The notes: generated from the letters alone by a model not told the origin. DNA of 64,000 nucleotides from Candidatus Berkelbacteria bacterium (GCA_026397175.1 JAPLVK010000021.1:56989-120988); one strand, 5' to 3'. Positions 38,306 to 47,173 are shown, counted from the stretch's first letter. Numbers and translations are program-made.

Positions 38306-40825
38306 ATGAGAAAAGAAGTTAACGCAGTTACTATCGGAATTTTATCTATTTTAATTGTGGGGGGGATGGCCTCTCTTGCTTTGAAGTATAAAATCTTTGC
38401 CGATTCGGAAACGATGGGGCTTAATCCGAATATAAAATTAAGCCAGATCTCCACTTTCGTAAATCCGGATATCAAAAATGGCTCCGTTGATGCTAATGTT
38501 GGCGATAAAAAACCAATTGGCACTGTCGAAATAAATGTTCCGAGGAATGAATCGAAAAGCTTTTCGGTACTTTTGGAAAATCAATCTGCAAGTTCTATCA
38601 ATGATTTAACTTTAAAGAAAAGTGATTTAACTGGAGTTGGCGCGCAAAGTAGCTCAAAGATTTCGCAAAATTTAATTGATGATCGTGTCGTGCATAAGTG
38701 GACACAAAAAACAATTAATTGGTATACGGACAAGCCAAGCGATGACAATAATAATGTAAATGTTGATGAGCTTTTAGTTAAAAATGATAAAACAGATTTT
38801 TTCTCAACGAAAATTGGAACTTCGGTTAATAGCTTGTTAACAAGTGGTGGGTCTGTTCAGGGTTTTTTCTCTAGCCCAAACGGATCGGCAGAAAAAATTC
38901 AGACATCCGTTGCACAAGCTCAAAGCAAAAAATTCTTTTTTACACTGGAACCCTCCGCGGCTGATGCCGGACAATATCAGGCCCCAGTATCTTTTGTTGA
39001 CAAGGACAAAAACACAATCATCGCGCAGTTTAATTTAAAGGTTAATATTTTAGATATTGATTTGGTAAAGCCAAGTCAAGCCAAAACACCACTAAATTAT
39101 GGATGTTTCACCAATGATAGAATTTCTATCGGCAAAGACCCTTCTGCGAGAAGTGATACTTATATCAGTAAGGACCTTTTTGAAAAAAGGCTTAAAATCA
39201 TTAAAAATCAAGGTTGTGAATCGCTAATATTAAGATTTGGTCCTGATGCGGATAATTTAGCTGCGCTAGAGCTGATTTCAAATTATGGTTTTGCTGGTCC
39301 GGTTATTTTGAATTATTACTATCCTGATGATTCGATCAATAAATATAGACAAGACCCGATTGCATCAAGCGACTCCCAAGCTGCTTTTAAAAATATAGTT
39401 AATCAGATTCAAAATGACAAGAAAATATCCATACCAATTATGTTCTATGGATACGATGAACCGAACAGTGATACGGAATATCCGTTAGCAGTTACAAGAA
39501 CGAATAATATTATCAAAATTGTCAAAGAAGTTCTCGGAAGCAATCTTTCAAAAAGTAATGCAAAAGCTAATGTAACTATGGCTTCGCAACCGAAAATCGC
39601 CGATCAATTAACACAGGAAAATTTCGGTTTTAAGATGGATATGACAATCGAAGATTATTCGAAACCCGGTTTCTTAAAAAGAGTTGATAATTTTAATTCG
39701 GGGTCGCTCACTCCTCTGTCAGGCCAAAGCTATTATTTTCAAGGTTGGCAAGCGCTGCCTTTGACGGATCGTTATTTGGGAGGACTTGCACTAATAAAAT
39801 CAGGTTATCGCGGCGCTTTTATGAATGTAATTTACGGCTACCAAAATGCTAATGTTAGACCGATTTACGACGACAGTCAAATCACAACTTGGCAAGCGCA
39901 ATTTCTTACTTATTATCCTGCAAGTGACGGATTTATCCCAACCTTAGAATCCGAGGGTTTGCGTGAAGGGAATTTGGACTTAAAGTATTACCTGACTTAT
40001 TTGGATCGAAAAGAGAAAATTCAGTCCCAGTGCCCAGAAGTTGCTTCGCAATTTTCTTCACTTGAACAGTCAATTCAAAGCCAAATGAATAAATATACTA
40101 TAGACACGAATCAATATACGGTTCCTGCTAATTTGAGTCCGGCGGATTTTGATAAAACCAGATCTCTTCTTGAGCAATATGTGATCGATTTTAACTCAAG
40201 ATGTGTTACGAGAAAGGTAGATATTACCTCGGGATTTTCGGTCATAGGGGCTGACGGAAGCGCGCCCAGCCAAGCGGTTGTTCAAGGGGATATGACTGGC
40301 CTTGCATTTGAAGGAGACAAAGTTAATTTAAGTGGCAAAAAAGGTGATTGGACAAAAACATCAAGTGGACAATTTGAATTAAATCCGGGACAGGCCTATT
40401 ATCTTTTTGAACCGTTAAATTCGGGCGCGAAACAAGTCCAATTTAGCGTTGATCCGACCTCAACTCTTTCAAGACCACTGACTTTAGGGTGGAATTTACT
40501 CTGGTCACCATACAACACGGTTCTAGGCCAAATCAATACGGTTATTACGAATCCGTCAAAAACATGCAAAAAAATCGTTAATTTACAGGCCCTAACCACT
40601 CTCAAAGCTGCTTCAAATGGTGACTATGCTTCGAGATTGGTTTATGTTATTACAAACGACAAGGCGCAGTTGGCGAAAGATGCATTCAAAATTTTAGGTT
40701 ATTCAATTACGCAGTCAACATACCCATACATCGAAAAAATTCCCGCCAATACAGCATTTTGGTATTATATTTTTCAAACTCCAAATGCCGACGACGCTGC
40801 TTTTAACAATATTACTTGTCAATAG
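38306..40825 (+). CDS. Large (839-aa) membrane-anchored surface protein, remote paralog of the 3.6-9.3 kb family (shared C-terminal domain)
   Basis: N-terminal TM helix. C-terminus FELNPGQAYYLFEP…LTLGWNLLWSPYN…NTAFWYYIFQTP. Confidence 0.6.
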   Translation: MRKEVNAVTIGILSILIVGGMASLALKYKIFADSETMGLNPNIKLSQISTFVNPDIKNGSVDANVGDKKPIGTVEINVPRNESKSFSVLLENQSASSINDLTLKKSDLTGVGAQSSSKISQNLIDDRVVHKWTQKTINWYTDKPSDDNNNVNVDELLVKNDKTDFFSTKIGTSVNSLLTSGGSVQGFFSSPNGSAEKIQTSVAQAQSKKFFFTLEPSAADAGQYQAPVSFVDKDKNTIIAQFNLKVNILDIDLVKPSQAKTPLNYGCFTNDRISIGKDPSARSDTYISKDLFEKRLKIIKNQGCESLILRFGPDADNLAALELISNYGFAGPVILNYYYPDDSINKYRQDPIASSDSQAAFKNIVNQIQNDKKISIPIMFYGYDEPNSDTEYPLAVTRTNNIIKIVKEVLGSNLSKSNAKANVTMASQPKIADQLTQENFGFKMDMTIEDYSKPGFLKRVDNFNSGSLTPLSGQSYYFQGWQALPLTDRYLGGLALIKSGYRGAFMNVIYGYQNANVRPIYDDSQITTWQAQFLTYYPASDGFIPTLESEGLREGNLDLKYYLTYLDRKEKIQSQCPEVASQFSSLEQSIQSQMNKYTIDTNQYTVPANLSPADFDKTRSLLEQYVIDFNSRCVTRKVDITSGFSVIGADGSAPSQAVVQGDMTGLAFEGDKVNLSGKKGDWTKTSSGQFELNPGQAYYLFEPLNSGAKQVQFSVDPTSTLSRPLTLGWNLLWSPYNTVLGQINTVITNPSKTCKKIVNLQALTTLKAASNGDYASRLVYVITNDKAQLAKDAFKILGYSITQSTYPYIEKIPANTAFWYYIFQTPNADDAAFNNITCQ

Positions 40826-41738
40826 AAAAAATCGCATAGCGGTCATATCCGCCGAGATCTTTTAGAACCTTGGTTTTAAGGTTCTTTTTAGTTGCCATTT
40901 TTATAATGGAATTTTTTTGTTTATACCCGATTTCCAGGATTGCTTGGCCATTTTTAGATAATTTTTCCGGTAAATTTTCGATTAATTTAGCAATAAGTTC
41001 AAGGCCATCCTTGCCACCATTTAGAGCCAATGCCGGCTCGAAGGGTAGTTTTTTTGTTTCTTCTGGTGATAAATATGGAAGATTGGCAATAATTAGGTCA
41101 AATTTTTTTGGTAATTTTGGATTTGAAAAAAGATCGGACTTCAGGAACTTTATTTTGTTTTCTACATTGTGAAATCGAGCATTTTGCTTAGCAATTTGCA
41201 GCGCCTTTGGTGAGATGTCAGATGCAAAGGGTTGAATTACGAATTTAGAATTATGAATGATAGGATTGCCAGAGCAATCCTTTATAATTGAAATTATTAT
41301 ATTTCCTGATCCAGTTCCGATATCCAGAATGTTAAATCCTGTATTTATTCGTAATTCACCCGCCTGCATTCGCTGGCGCGAAGCAGCTGCGGGCAGGTAA
41401 TTCGTAATTCTAGATTCTATAAATCTTGTAGCAATTTCTATGATTTTTTCCGTTTCCGGGCGGGGGATTAAGACCGAATCATTGGCTGTAAATTCACGAT
41501 CGTGAAATGAGCACTTTCCTAGCACATATTGGATTGGAATGCCCGACAGAACTTCTTTCTCAATTTGCTTGAATTTCTTTAAATTATCTGCAGATAATTT
41601 AATTTTATCTTTGTCTAAAAACAATTTTTCGGGTGTAATTTTTAATAAATCACAAATCAATTTTTCTGTGATATTGCTCGGGAGATGAGAGTCATTAATT
41701 AGTCGAGAGATATTCTTCAAGCTTGTTCTTTCTGTCAA
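40812..41738 (-). CDS. prmC: Release factor glutamine N5-methyltransferase PrmC/HemK
   Basis: DIGTGSGNI…DLIIANLPY (NPPY-type motif). It overlaps prfA upstream. Confidence 0.8.
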   Translation of the reverse strand: MTERTSLKNISRLINDSHLPSNITEKLICDLLKITPEKLFLDKDKIKLSADNLKKFKQIEKEVLSGIPIQYVLGKCSFHDREFTANDSVLIPRPETEKIIEIATRFIESRITNYLPAAASRQRMQAGELRINTGFNILDIGTGSGNIIISIIKDCSGNPIIHNSKFVIQPFASDISPKALQIAKQNARFHNVENKIKFLKSDLFSNPKLPKKFDLIIANLPYLSPEETKKLPFEPALALNGGKDGLELIAKLIENLPEKLSKNGQAILEIGYKQKNSIIKMATKKNLKTKVLKDLGGYDRYAIFSIDK

Positions 41739-42585
41739 TATCTTGTAACTCGCTGATGACCGGATCTAAATTTCCATCCAGTATCTTTTGCATATTATTC
41801 CAAGACCTTGGAATGCGGTGGTCGGTTATTCTGTCTTGCGGATAATTATAAGTTCGTATTTTTTCACTTCGATCTCCGGTTTTAACCATCGAAAGCCGTT
41901 TCTCACTATTTTCTTTTAATTTTTCATCCTGATCTGCTTGCCAAATTTTAGCTCGCAAAATCCCCATTGCTTTTTCTTTGTTTTTTAACTGCGATCTTTC
42001 GTCCTGGCAGGTTACGACAATATTGGTAGGCAGATGAGTGATTCGAACGGCCGAATCGGTTGTATTAACGGACTGGCCGCCATGTCCTCCGGCGCGATAA
42101 ACATCAATTTTTAAGTCCTCACTTTTAATCTCAACCAATTTTCCTTCAATTTCGGGCAAAACAACGACGGTTGCCGCGGAGGTGTGAATTCGTCCTTGTT
42201 TTTCTGTTTTCGGGACTCGTTGTACTCGATGAACTCCCGCCTCATATTTCATTGATCCGTACACATTTTGGCCCGAAATTGTGGCTAAAAATTCTTTAAG
42301 TCCGCCGATATTATTATCTTTTTTGTCGTTAATAGCTATTTTCCAACCATTTTTCTCGGCAAATTTTAAATACATTCGCGCAAGCTCTGCTGCAAATAAT
42401 TCTGCTTCTTCCCCACCGGTTCCGGCTCTAATCTCTAAAATTGCGTTTTTTGCATCTCCCTCTTCCGGTTTAACAATTTCTCCTTCCAGTTTTTTTATTT
42501 CATCGCGAATTAACTCGGAAAATTCCGGGTCGCTTGATTGCTTGAGCATTTCGATGTTTTTTTTGAGTTCTTCTATTTTATCCAT
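41695..42585 (-). CDS. prfA: Peptide chain release factor 1
   Basis: GGQ motif (RAGGHGGQSVNTTDSAVRITHLPT) and an RF1-type tripeptide region RVPKTEKQGRIHTSAATV. Confidence 0.85.
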   Translation of the reverse strand: MDKIEELKKNIEMLKQSSDPEFSELIRDEIKKLEGEIVKPEEGDAKNAILEIRAGTGGEEAELFAAELARMYLKFAEKNGWKIAINDKKDNNIGGLKEFLATISGQNVYGSMKYEAGVHRVQRVPKTEKQGRIHTSAATVVVLPEIEGKLVEIKSEDLKIDVYRAGGHGGQSVNTTDSAVRITHLPTNIVVTCQDERSQLKNKEKAMGILRAKIWQADQDEKLKENSEKRLSMVKTGDRSEKIRTYNYPQDRITDHRIPRSWNNMQKILDGNLDPVISELQDIDRKNKLEEYLSTN

Positions 42586-42655
42586 TGCATTTATCTTAAC
42601 AAAAAATTATGAATTGATTCAATTTTAATTCATAAATAGTTTAATGAGTTGCGAA

Positions 42656-42946
42656 TTATTTCTTAGTATCTTGATCTGTTTTTGCTTCGTCTTTTGACTT
42701 CTTCTGGCTTTCTTGTTGCAGCTTGACATCTTGTTTTAGGGACTCTGACTTTTTAAGCCGAGCCATAAAACGGTCAACTCTTCCTGCGGTGTCAACCAGT
42801 TTTTTGTTGCCGGTATATAACGGGTGGCAATTTGAACAAATCTCAACTTGGATATTGTCGTTGGTTGAGCCAATTTCAAATTCAGCGCCACACGAGCACT
42901 TTACTTTCGCATTGTTGTAATATTTGGGATGGATATTTTGTTTCAT
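42656..42946 (-). CDS. rpmE: 50S ribosomal protein L31 with Lys-rich C-terminal extension
   Basis: MKQNIHPKYY…CSCGAEFEI…CSNCHPLYTG. The start is at 42946 after AAAGGAAA; the ORF-track start at 42982 is too far upstream. Confidence 0.8.
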   Translation of the reverse strand: MKQNIHPKYYNNAKVKCSCGAEFEIGSTNDNIQVEICSNCHPLYTGNKKLVDTAGRVDRFMARLKKSESLKQDVKLQQESQKKSKDEAKTDQDTKK

Positions 42947-43087
42947 TATTTTTCCTTTTATCTGACGAAATGATGGTACCATATCTTAATTTGTTTTTCA
43001 AGAATTCATTGCGTAATTTGGGTGTAAACAGATTGACAGCCATGTAATAATCTGCTATCATTTTGTTCTAAGAACCTTGAAAATTAT

Positions 43088-43186
43088 TCTTGAAGCCCCA
43101 GTGGTTATCTTTTTCTTGTCATTGCGAAGAGCTCCGCCAGCCGGCGGAGCGATGTGGCAATCTAAGATGGTCAGCGGGGCTTCAAG
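43088..43186. promoter_or_regulatory. 12-bp inverted repeat (TCTTGAAGCCCC…GGGGCTTCAAGA) enclosing an inner hairpin, at the 5' boundary of the GC-rich DGR target
   Basis: Arms at 43088-43099 and 43175-43186. Inner CTCCGCC-AGCC-GGCGGAG hairpin at about 43131-43148. Confidence 0.45.
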
Positions 43187-43246
43187 AATCCTGAACCCAC
43201 CACCTTGAAAGAAGGAGTGGGCAGGCAATAAAAGGAGGTGCTGACC

Positions 43247-43880
43247 GTGGGTGACACCACGCTCGGCGAAGCGCTCCGGCAGATAGCTGGACCGCTGAAA
43301 GATCTGCACGAGAAGCTGTCTGGTGAGGAAGGGCTTGTGTGGCTGGAGAAGCTGAAGAAGTTTCTTCGCAAGGAGAACCCCTGGGCCGAGGTGCAGAAGG
43401 TGGTTGTGGCTTTGCTCAAGTTCGTCAAGACGGTCGAGCTGCCGGCGGTCGGGGCATTCAAGCCCGAAGATCACTTCAAGGTCACTCCCGAGCGGGAACG
43501 CAAGACCGCCAAGGTGGTCATCGGCTATGTCAGCGATAATGTCAAGGCGCTCATCAAGGGCAGGTTGGAGCCGGAAGAGGCACAGGCCACTATCCGTATT
43601 CACGAACTCTGCCAGGCGTCCGTAGACGACCCGATTCTGGCCGAGCTAGGTGAGAATGTCAAGACGGGGCTCAATCGGATGTTCCAGATAATAGAGGAGC
43701 AAGGCCGTGGCCAAGAGGGCGACCTTCTGGTTGACGGCCGTGCCAACATCTTCTACATCGAGGGTACCGATTGGGCGGTCCTCTGCGACTGGCGCGCCGG
43801 CCCGCGGCTGGAACCTCTACGCCAGTCCGGTCTCTTCTCCGCGCAGTTGGAGCGCTGTCTACCGGGTCTTCTCCCGCTGA
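43247..43880 (+). CDS. DGR target (variable) protein, GC-rich; C-terminal VR. Reading frame disrupted or ambiguous by a 1-nt indel inside the VR
   Basis: GTG at 43247 sits 8 nt after AAAGGAGG. It is in frame with the AAC codons of the TR up to about 43804. After a 1-nt insertion relative to the TR, the TR-equivalent frame reads GWNLYASPVSSPRSWSAVYRVFSR and stops at 43878-43880. The ORF-track frame instead reads through to 43996. Confidence 0.6.
43771..43877 (+). repeat. DGR variable repeat (VR)
   Basis: Aligns to TR 44245-44353 with about 20 mismatches, every one at a TR adenine (A to C/T/G), no non-A substitutions, and a single 1-nt insertion near 43805. A GGGGC-TTTGT-GCCCC hairpin lies 20 nt downstream (43896-43910). 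Confidence 0.85.
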
Positions 43881-44244
43881 TTCTCTGGTATTTTGGGGCT
43901 TTGTGCCCCCTGTATCCGAGCCCCCCTTGTCCCTGTGACCCTTTGAAATCCCGCCTTTGGCGGGAAAGTAGAAGGGTCACTTTTCTGTTAAAATAAAAAT
44001 GAAGTTTGTGAAAGGCAACGGCTAGCCTTCGACCTTGCTCGGGCCAGGCGGCTTTTGCCCACAACTTTAGATTTTTGTTACAGAGAGTTGCTTTGGGTAC
44101 GCCTTGAGCGAGAATGGTTGCAAAAATCTCAAAAAATGAAGAGAATCGGTGCTTCCCATCAAGAGATTTTAGATCTCAATTAATATTCAGCGGAGCGATG
44201 TTGTATTTTGCCCGCAGTGATTATGAACGGCGGGTGGCACAAAC

Positions 44245-44353
44245 TTGGGCGGTCAACTGCAACTGGAACGCCGACAACGGCTGGAACCTCAACGCCAATC
44301 CGATCTCTAATCCGAACAGTTGGAACGCTGACAACCAGGTCTTCTCCCACGAC
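44245..44353 (+). repeat. DGR template repeat (TR), adenine-rich AAC-codon template
   Basis: aac tgc aac tgg aac gcc gac aac ggc tgg aac ctc aac gcc aat ccg … AAC-rich. Matches the VR except at adenines. Confidence 0.85.
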
Positions 44354-44749
44354 TCACTTCTTTTCTTCCGCTTCGGCGGAAGTTTTTGAAATGATTTTCT
44401 TTCTCCAACCACCAGTCATTCTCCCGATATTTTCTATTTCTTTGCCGATCTGGACAAATTGATTATTTGGAATAAGCTTTAGTTCCCAACAGTATTGAAT
44501 AAAAAAACGCAAAGAATCAATATATGACAAAGCGTCTTCGAGCAAGTGCACTTTTTTATTCAGAGGCGAGAATGAAGTTTTTTGAGCAATATCTAAAAGA
44601 TCAATAAAAAGAGAATCAATTTTGTGTCCCAAACCAAAGCGTTCACACTTTGGCATATTGCGCTGAATTTGAATCCAGCTTTTATAAGCATTTTTGATAT
44701 GTTCAATGATAGGTAAAGTGGGGTTATCGTGAAAAGAATTATTAGTCAT
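44354..44749 (-). CDS. avd: Four-helix-bundle protein of the Avd / 23S-rRNA-IVS family (DGR accessory variability determinant-like)
   Basis: KCERFGLGHKIDSLFIDLLDIAQKTSF…YCWELKLIPNNQFVQIGKEIENIGRMTGGW matches the IVS/Avd family pattern. It abuts the TR and diverges from the RT, with a 21-nt overlap of 5' ends. Confidence 0.65.
   Translation of the reverse strand: MTNNSFHDNPTLPIIEHIKNAYKSWIQIQRNMPKCERFGLGHKIDSLFIDLLDIAQKTSFSPLNKKVHLLEDALSYIDSLRFFIQYCWELKLIPNNQFVQIGKEIENIGRMTGGWRKKIISKTSAEAEEKK
44365..44392 (+). terminator. Hairpin plus T-run immediately 3' of TR (CTTCCGC-TTCG-GCGGAAG-TTTTT)
   Basis: Seen in the + strand sequence. Only the + strand has the T-tract. It lies inside the 3' end of the oppositely oriented avd-like ORF. 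Confidence 0.5.
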
Positions 44750-45751
44750 AAATTTGAAGAAATAATCTCAATTAATAATTTGTTTTTAGCATGGCAGGAA
44801 TTTGCTGAAAATAAAAGGAAACGAGCTGATGTACGGGCGTTTTCGCATAATTTGATGGGTAATGTTCTTGCTCTCCATCAGGATCTTAGCAATTTTAGAT
44901 ATCATCATGCAGATTACGAGGAATTTTATATTACCGATCCGAAGCCAAGAGTTATTCACAAAGCAACAGTGCGGGATCGTCTGCTGCATCGTGCGATTTA
45001 TCGGGTTCTCTATCCACTATTTAATTCAACATTTGTCTTTGATAGTTATTCCTGCCGGAAGGAAAAAGGAACGCACAAAGCGTTTAAACGGCTGGTTAAA
45101 ATTGCGAGACAGCAAAGTAAAAATTACTCTGGTTCTTGTTGGGCGTTAAAGTGCGATGTAAAAAAGTTTTTTCATAGCATTGACCATCAGGTTTTGGTTA
45201 ATCTCTTGTCGCAAAGAACTTCCGATGAGCGGCTAATTAATTTACTCAAAGAAATTATTGAAAGTTTTGCGGTTTGCGGGCGGAACGCAAACCTAAACAA
45301 TAAAAAAGGAATACCCCTCGGAAATTTGACTTCACAATTATTTGCCAATATTTACATGGACCCGCTTGATAAATTTGTCAAACACAAACTTAAAGCCAAA
45401 TATTATCTGCGATACGCTGACGATTTTATGATCTTAGCCAAAAATTCTGAAGTTTTACGAGATTATTTACAAGAAATTGATCATTTCTTAACCAATCATC
45501 TTAAACTTTCGCTTCATCCCGACAAAATCACTTTTCGCAAACTGAACTGGGGCTTGGATTTTGTCGGCTATGTTACATATCCAAAATTCAATTTGCCGAG
45601 ACCGAAAACTGTCGAAAGAATGTTTAGAAATCTTGAAGAAATAAAGAGAAATAGACCCGAGAAATTAAATAAAAGTTTGCAGTCATATCTTGGTTATCTT
45701 GAACATGTAGATGCCAAAGCAATTTCTGATTATTTGAAATTGCTTTATTAA
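44729..45751 (+). CDS. DGR reverse transcriptase (RT domains only, 340 aa)
   Basis: N-terminal NLFLAWQEFAENKRKR…YEEFYITDPKPRVIHKATVRDRLLHRAIY. RT motif C is RYADDFMIL. No maturase or endonuclease domain. GTG start. Confidence 0.85.
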   Translation: MKRIISHKFEEIISINNLFLAWQEFAENKRKRADVRAFSHNLMGNVLALHQDLSNFRYHHADYEEFYITDPKPRVIHKATVRDRLLHRAIYRVLYPLFNSTFVFDSYSCRKEKGTHKAFKRLVKIARQQSKNYSGSCWALKCDVKKFFHSIDHQVLVNLLSQRTSDERLINLLKEIIESFAVCGRNANLNNKKGIPLGNLTSQLFANIYMDPLDKFVKHKLKAKYYLRYADDFMILAKNSEVLRDYLQEIDHFLTNHLKLSLHPDKITFRKLNWGLDFVGYVTYPKFNLPRPKTVERMFRNLEEIKRNRPEKLNKSLQSYLGYLEHVDAKAISDYLKLLY

Positions 45752-45862
45752 ATATGTTCATTGAACGAGACCTCTTGATATTTTTTTCACTTTAGGGTTT
45801 AATTCAGTTATAGAAAGTTGATTTATTTCAAATTTTCTCCTATAATCAAGAGAGGATTTTTT

Positions 45863-46708
45863 ATGTCAGTAAAAATACCAGAAGTCAAAGAGTTATTTAA
45901 GGCCGGTGTTTATTTTGGACACCAAAGATCAAGAACCGACGCAAGAAGTTCGGAGTATATTTATGGTTTTCAAAATAAAATTGCGGTAATTGATTTAGAA
46001 AAAACCCGCGAGCTTTTAGTGGGCGCATTTAGTTTTCTCGAGGGAAAAGCTCAAAACGGTGCTATGATTTTGTTTGTCGGCACAAAACTTCAGGCCAAAG
46101 ATAAAGTCAAAGAAGTTGCCGAAAAATTAGGGATGCCTTATGTAGTCGAAAGATGGCCCGGTGGACTTCTGACAAATTATGAAATTGTGACAAAAAGTAT
46201 CAAAAAAATGCTTAAAACCGAAGCGGATATCGCCGAAAATAAATATGAATATTTGACTAAAAAAGAACGGCTCAAAATCGAGAAAGACCTCAACAAGCAG
46301 CATTTGACATTTGGGGGATTAAGAAAATTAGATCGATTGCCGGATGTTGTTTTTATCGTTGATGCGAGCCAAGAAAATAGCGCGATCAGAGAAGCGAAAC
46401 GCAAAGATATTCCGCTGGTTGCAATTTGCGACACGAACGCCAATCCGCGCGAAATCGATTATCCAATTTTGGCTAACGATGATTCAAGAAATTCGATTGA
46501 TTTGATTATGGGATTGGTTGAGCAAACCATTAGAGAAAATTATAAAGCGAAAGTTCAAGCGAATGATGCAAATACAAAAGAACGATTAGAAAAAAATCTT
46601 AACAAGCCCGAAGAAAAAAAAGAAGAGAAGAAAATGCCTCAATCTGTTAAGGAAACGAAAAAACCAGAAGCGAAAAAAGCAAAAAAGGAAAAAGATGGAA
46701 AAAATTAA
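45863..46708 (+). CDS. rpsB: 30S ribosomal protein S2 with Lys/Glu-rich C-terminal tail
   Basis: MSVKIPEVKELFKAGVYFGHQRSRTDARS…. The promoter TTGATT-17-TATAAT lies upstream. The true start is likely 45863, not the ORF-track start at 45818. Confidence 0.85.
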   Translation: MSVKIPEVKELFKAGVYFGHQRSRTDARSSEYIYGFQNKIAVIDLEKTRELLVGAFSFLEGKAQNGAMILFVGTKLQAKDKVKEVAEKLGMPYVVERWPGGLLTNYEIVTKSIKKMLKTEADIAENKYEYLTKKERLKIEKDLNKQHLTFGGLRKLDRLPDVVFIVDASQENSAIREAKRKDIPLVAICDTNANPREIDYPILANDDSRNSIDLIMGLVEQTIRENYKAKVQANDANTKERLEKNLNKPEEKKEEKKMPQSVKETKKPEAKKAKKEKDGKN

Positions 46709-47153
46709 AGTACTTAGAGAAAAAACCGGTGCCGGAGTGATGGATGTTAAGCGAGCACTCGATGAAGCAAAAGGGGACGAAAAGAAAGCCGAAGAAATTT
46801 TGAAGGCAAGAGGTCTTGAAATTGCCGACAAAAAGTCGCAGCGAGAAACCGCCAATGGCTTAATTGACAGTTACATTCATCTTGGTAAAATCGGTGTCTT
46901 GGTTGAAGTAAGTTGCGAAACGGACTTTGTTGCCAGAAACGATGAATTTAAAAAGTTTGTCCACGAAATTGCTCTTCAGGTTGCACAATCGCAAGCGAAA
47001 AATGTAGATGAATTGTTAAAAGAAGAGTTGTTCAAGGAGCCGGGAAAAACAGTTGAAAATATGCTGAAAGAAACAATCGGCAAAATCGGTGAAAACATTA
47101 AAATCAAACGATTTGTTAAATTTGTTTTAAGCGAATCTACGATCGTGTGTTAA
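46695..47153 (+). CDS. tsf: Elongation factor Ts (short form)
   Basis: KVLREKTGAGVMDVKRALDEAKGD…NGLIDSYIHLGKIGVLVEVSCETDFVARN. Confidence 0.85.
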   Translation: MEKIKVLREKTGAGVMDVKRALDEAKGDEKKAEEILKARGLEIADKKSQRETANGLIDSYIHLGKIGVLVEVSCETDFVARNDEFKKFVHEIALQVAQSQAKNVDELLKEELFKEPGKTVENMLKETIGKIGENIKIKRFVKFVLSESTIVC

Positions 47154-47173
47154 CTTAAATCGGGAGGGTTGTT

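Noticed and set aside
42281-42628. ORF 42281-42628 (+) and other small ORFs opposite prfA and prmC
   Set aside because: They are antisense to strongly supported housekeeping genes and have low-complexity translations.
43058-44064. Minus-strand ORFs 43058-43603, 43171-43461 and 43753-44064, and + ORFs 43339-43539 and 43404-43625 inside the GC-rich target gene
   Set aside because: These are antisense or alternate-frame shadow ORFs typical of GC-rich coding sequence. They have no RBS and no conserved motifs, and they overlap the better-supported target gene.
44114-44389. ORF 44114-44389 (+) that translates the TR
   Set aside because: Its apparent coding potential comes from the AAC-codon design of the template repeat. 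The region is better explained as non-coding TR RNA ending at the 44365-44392 terminator.
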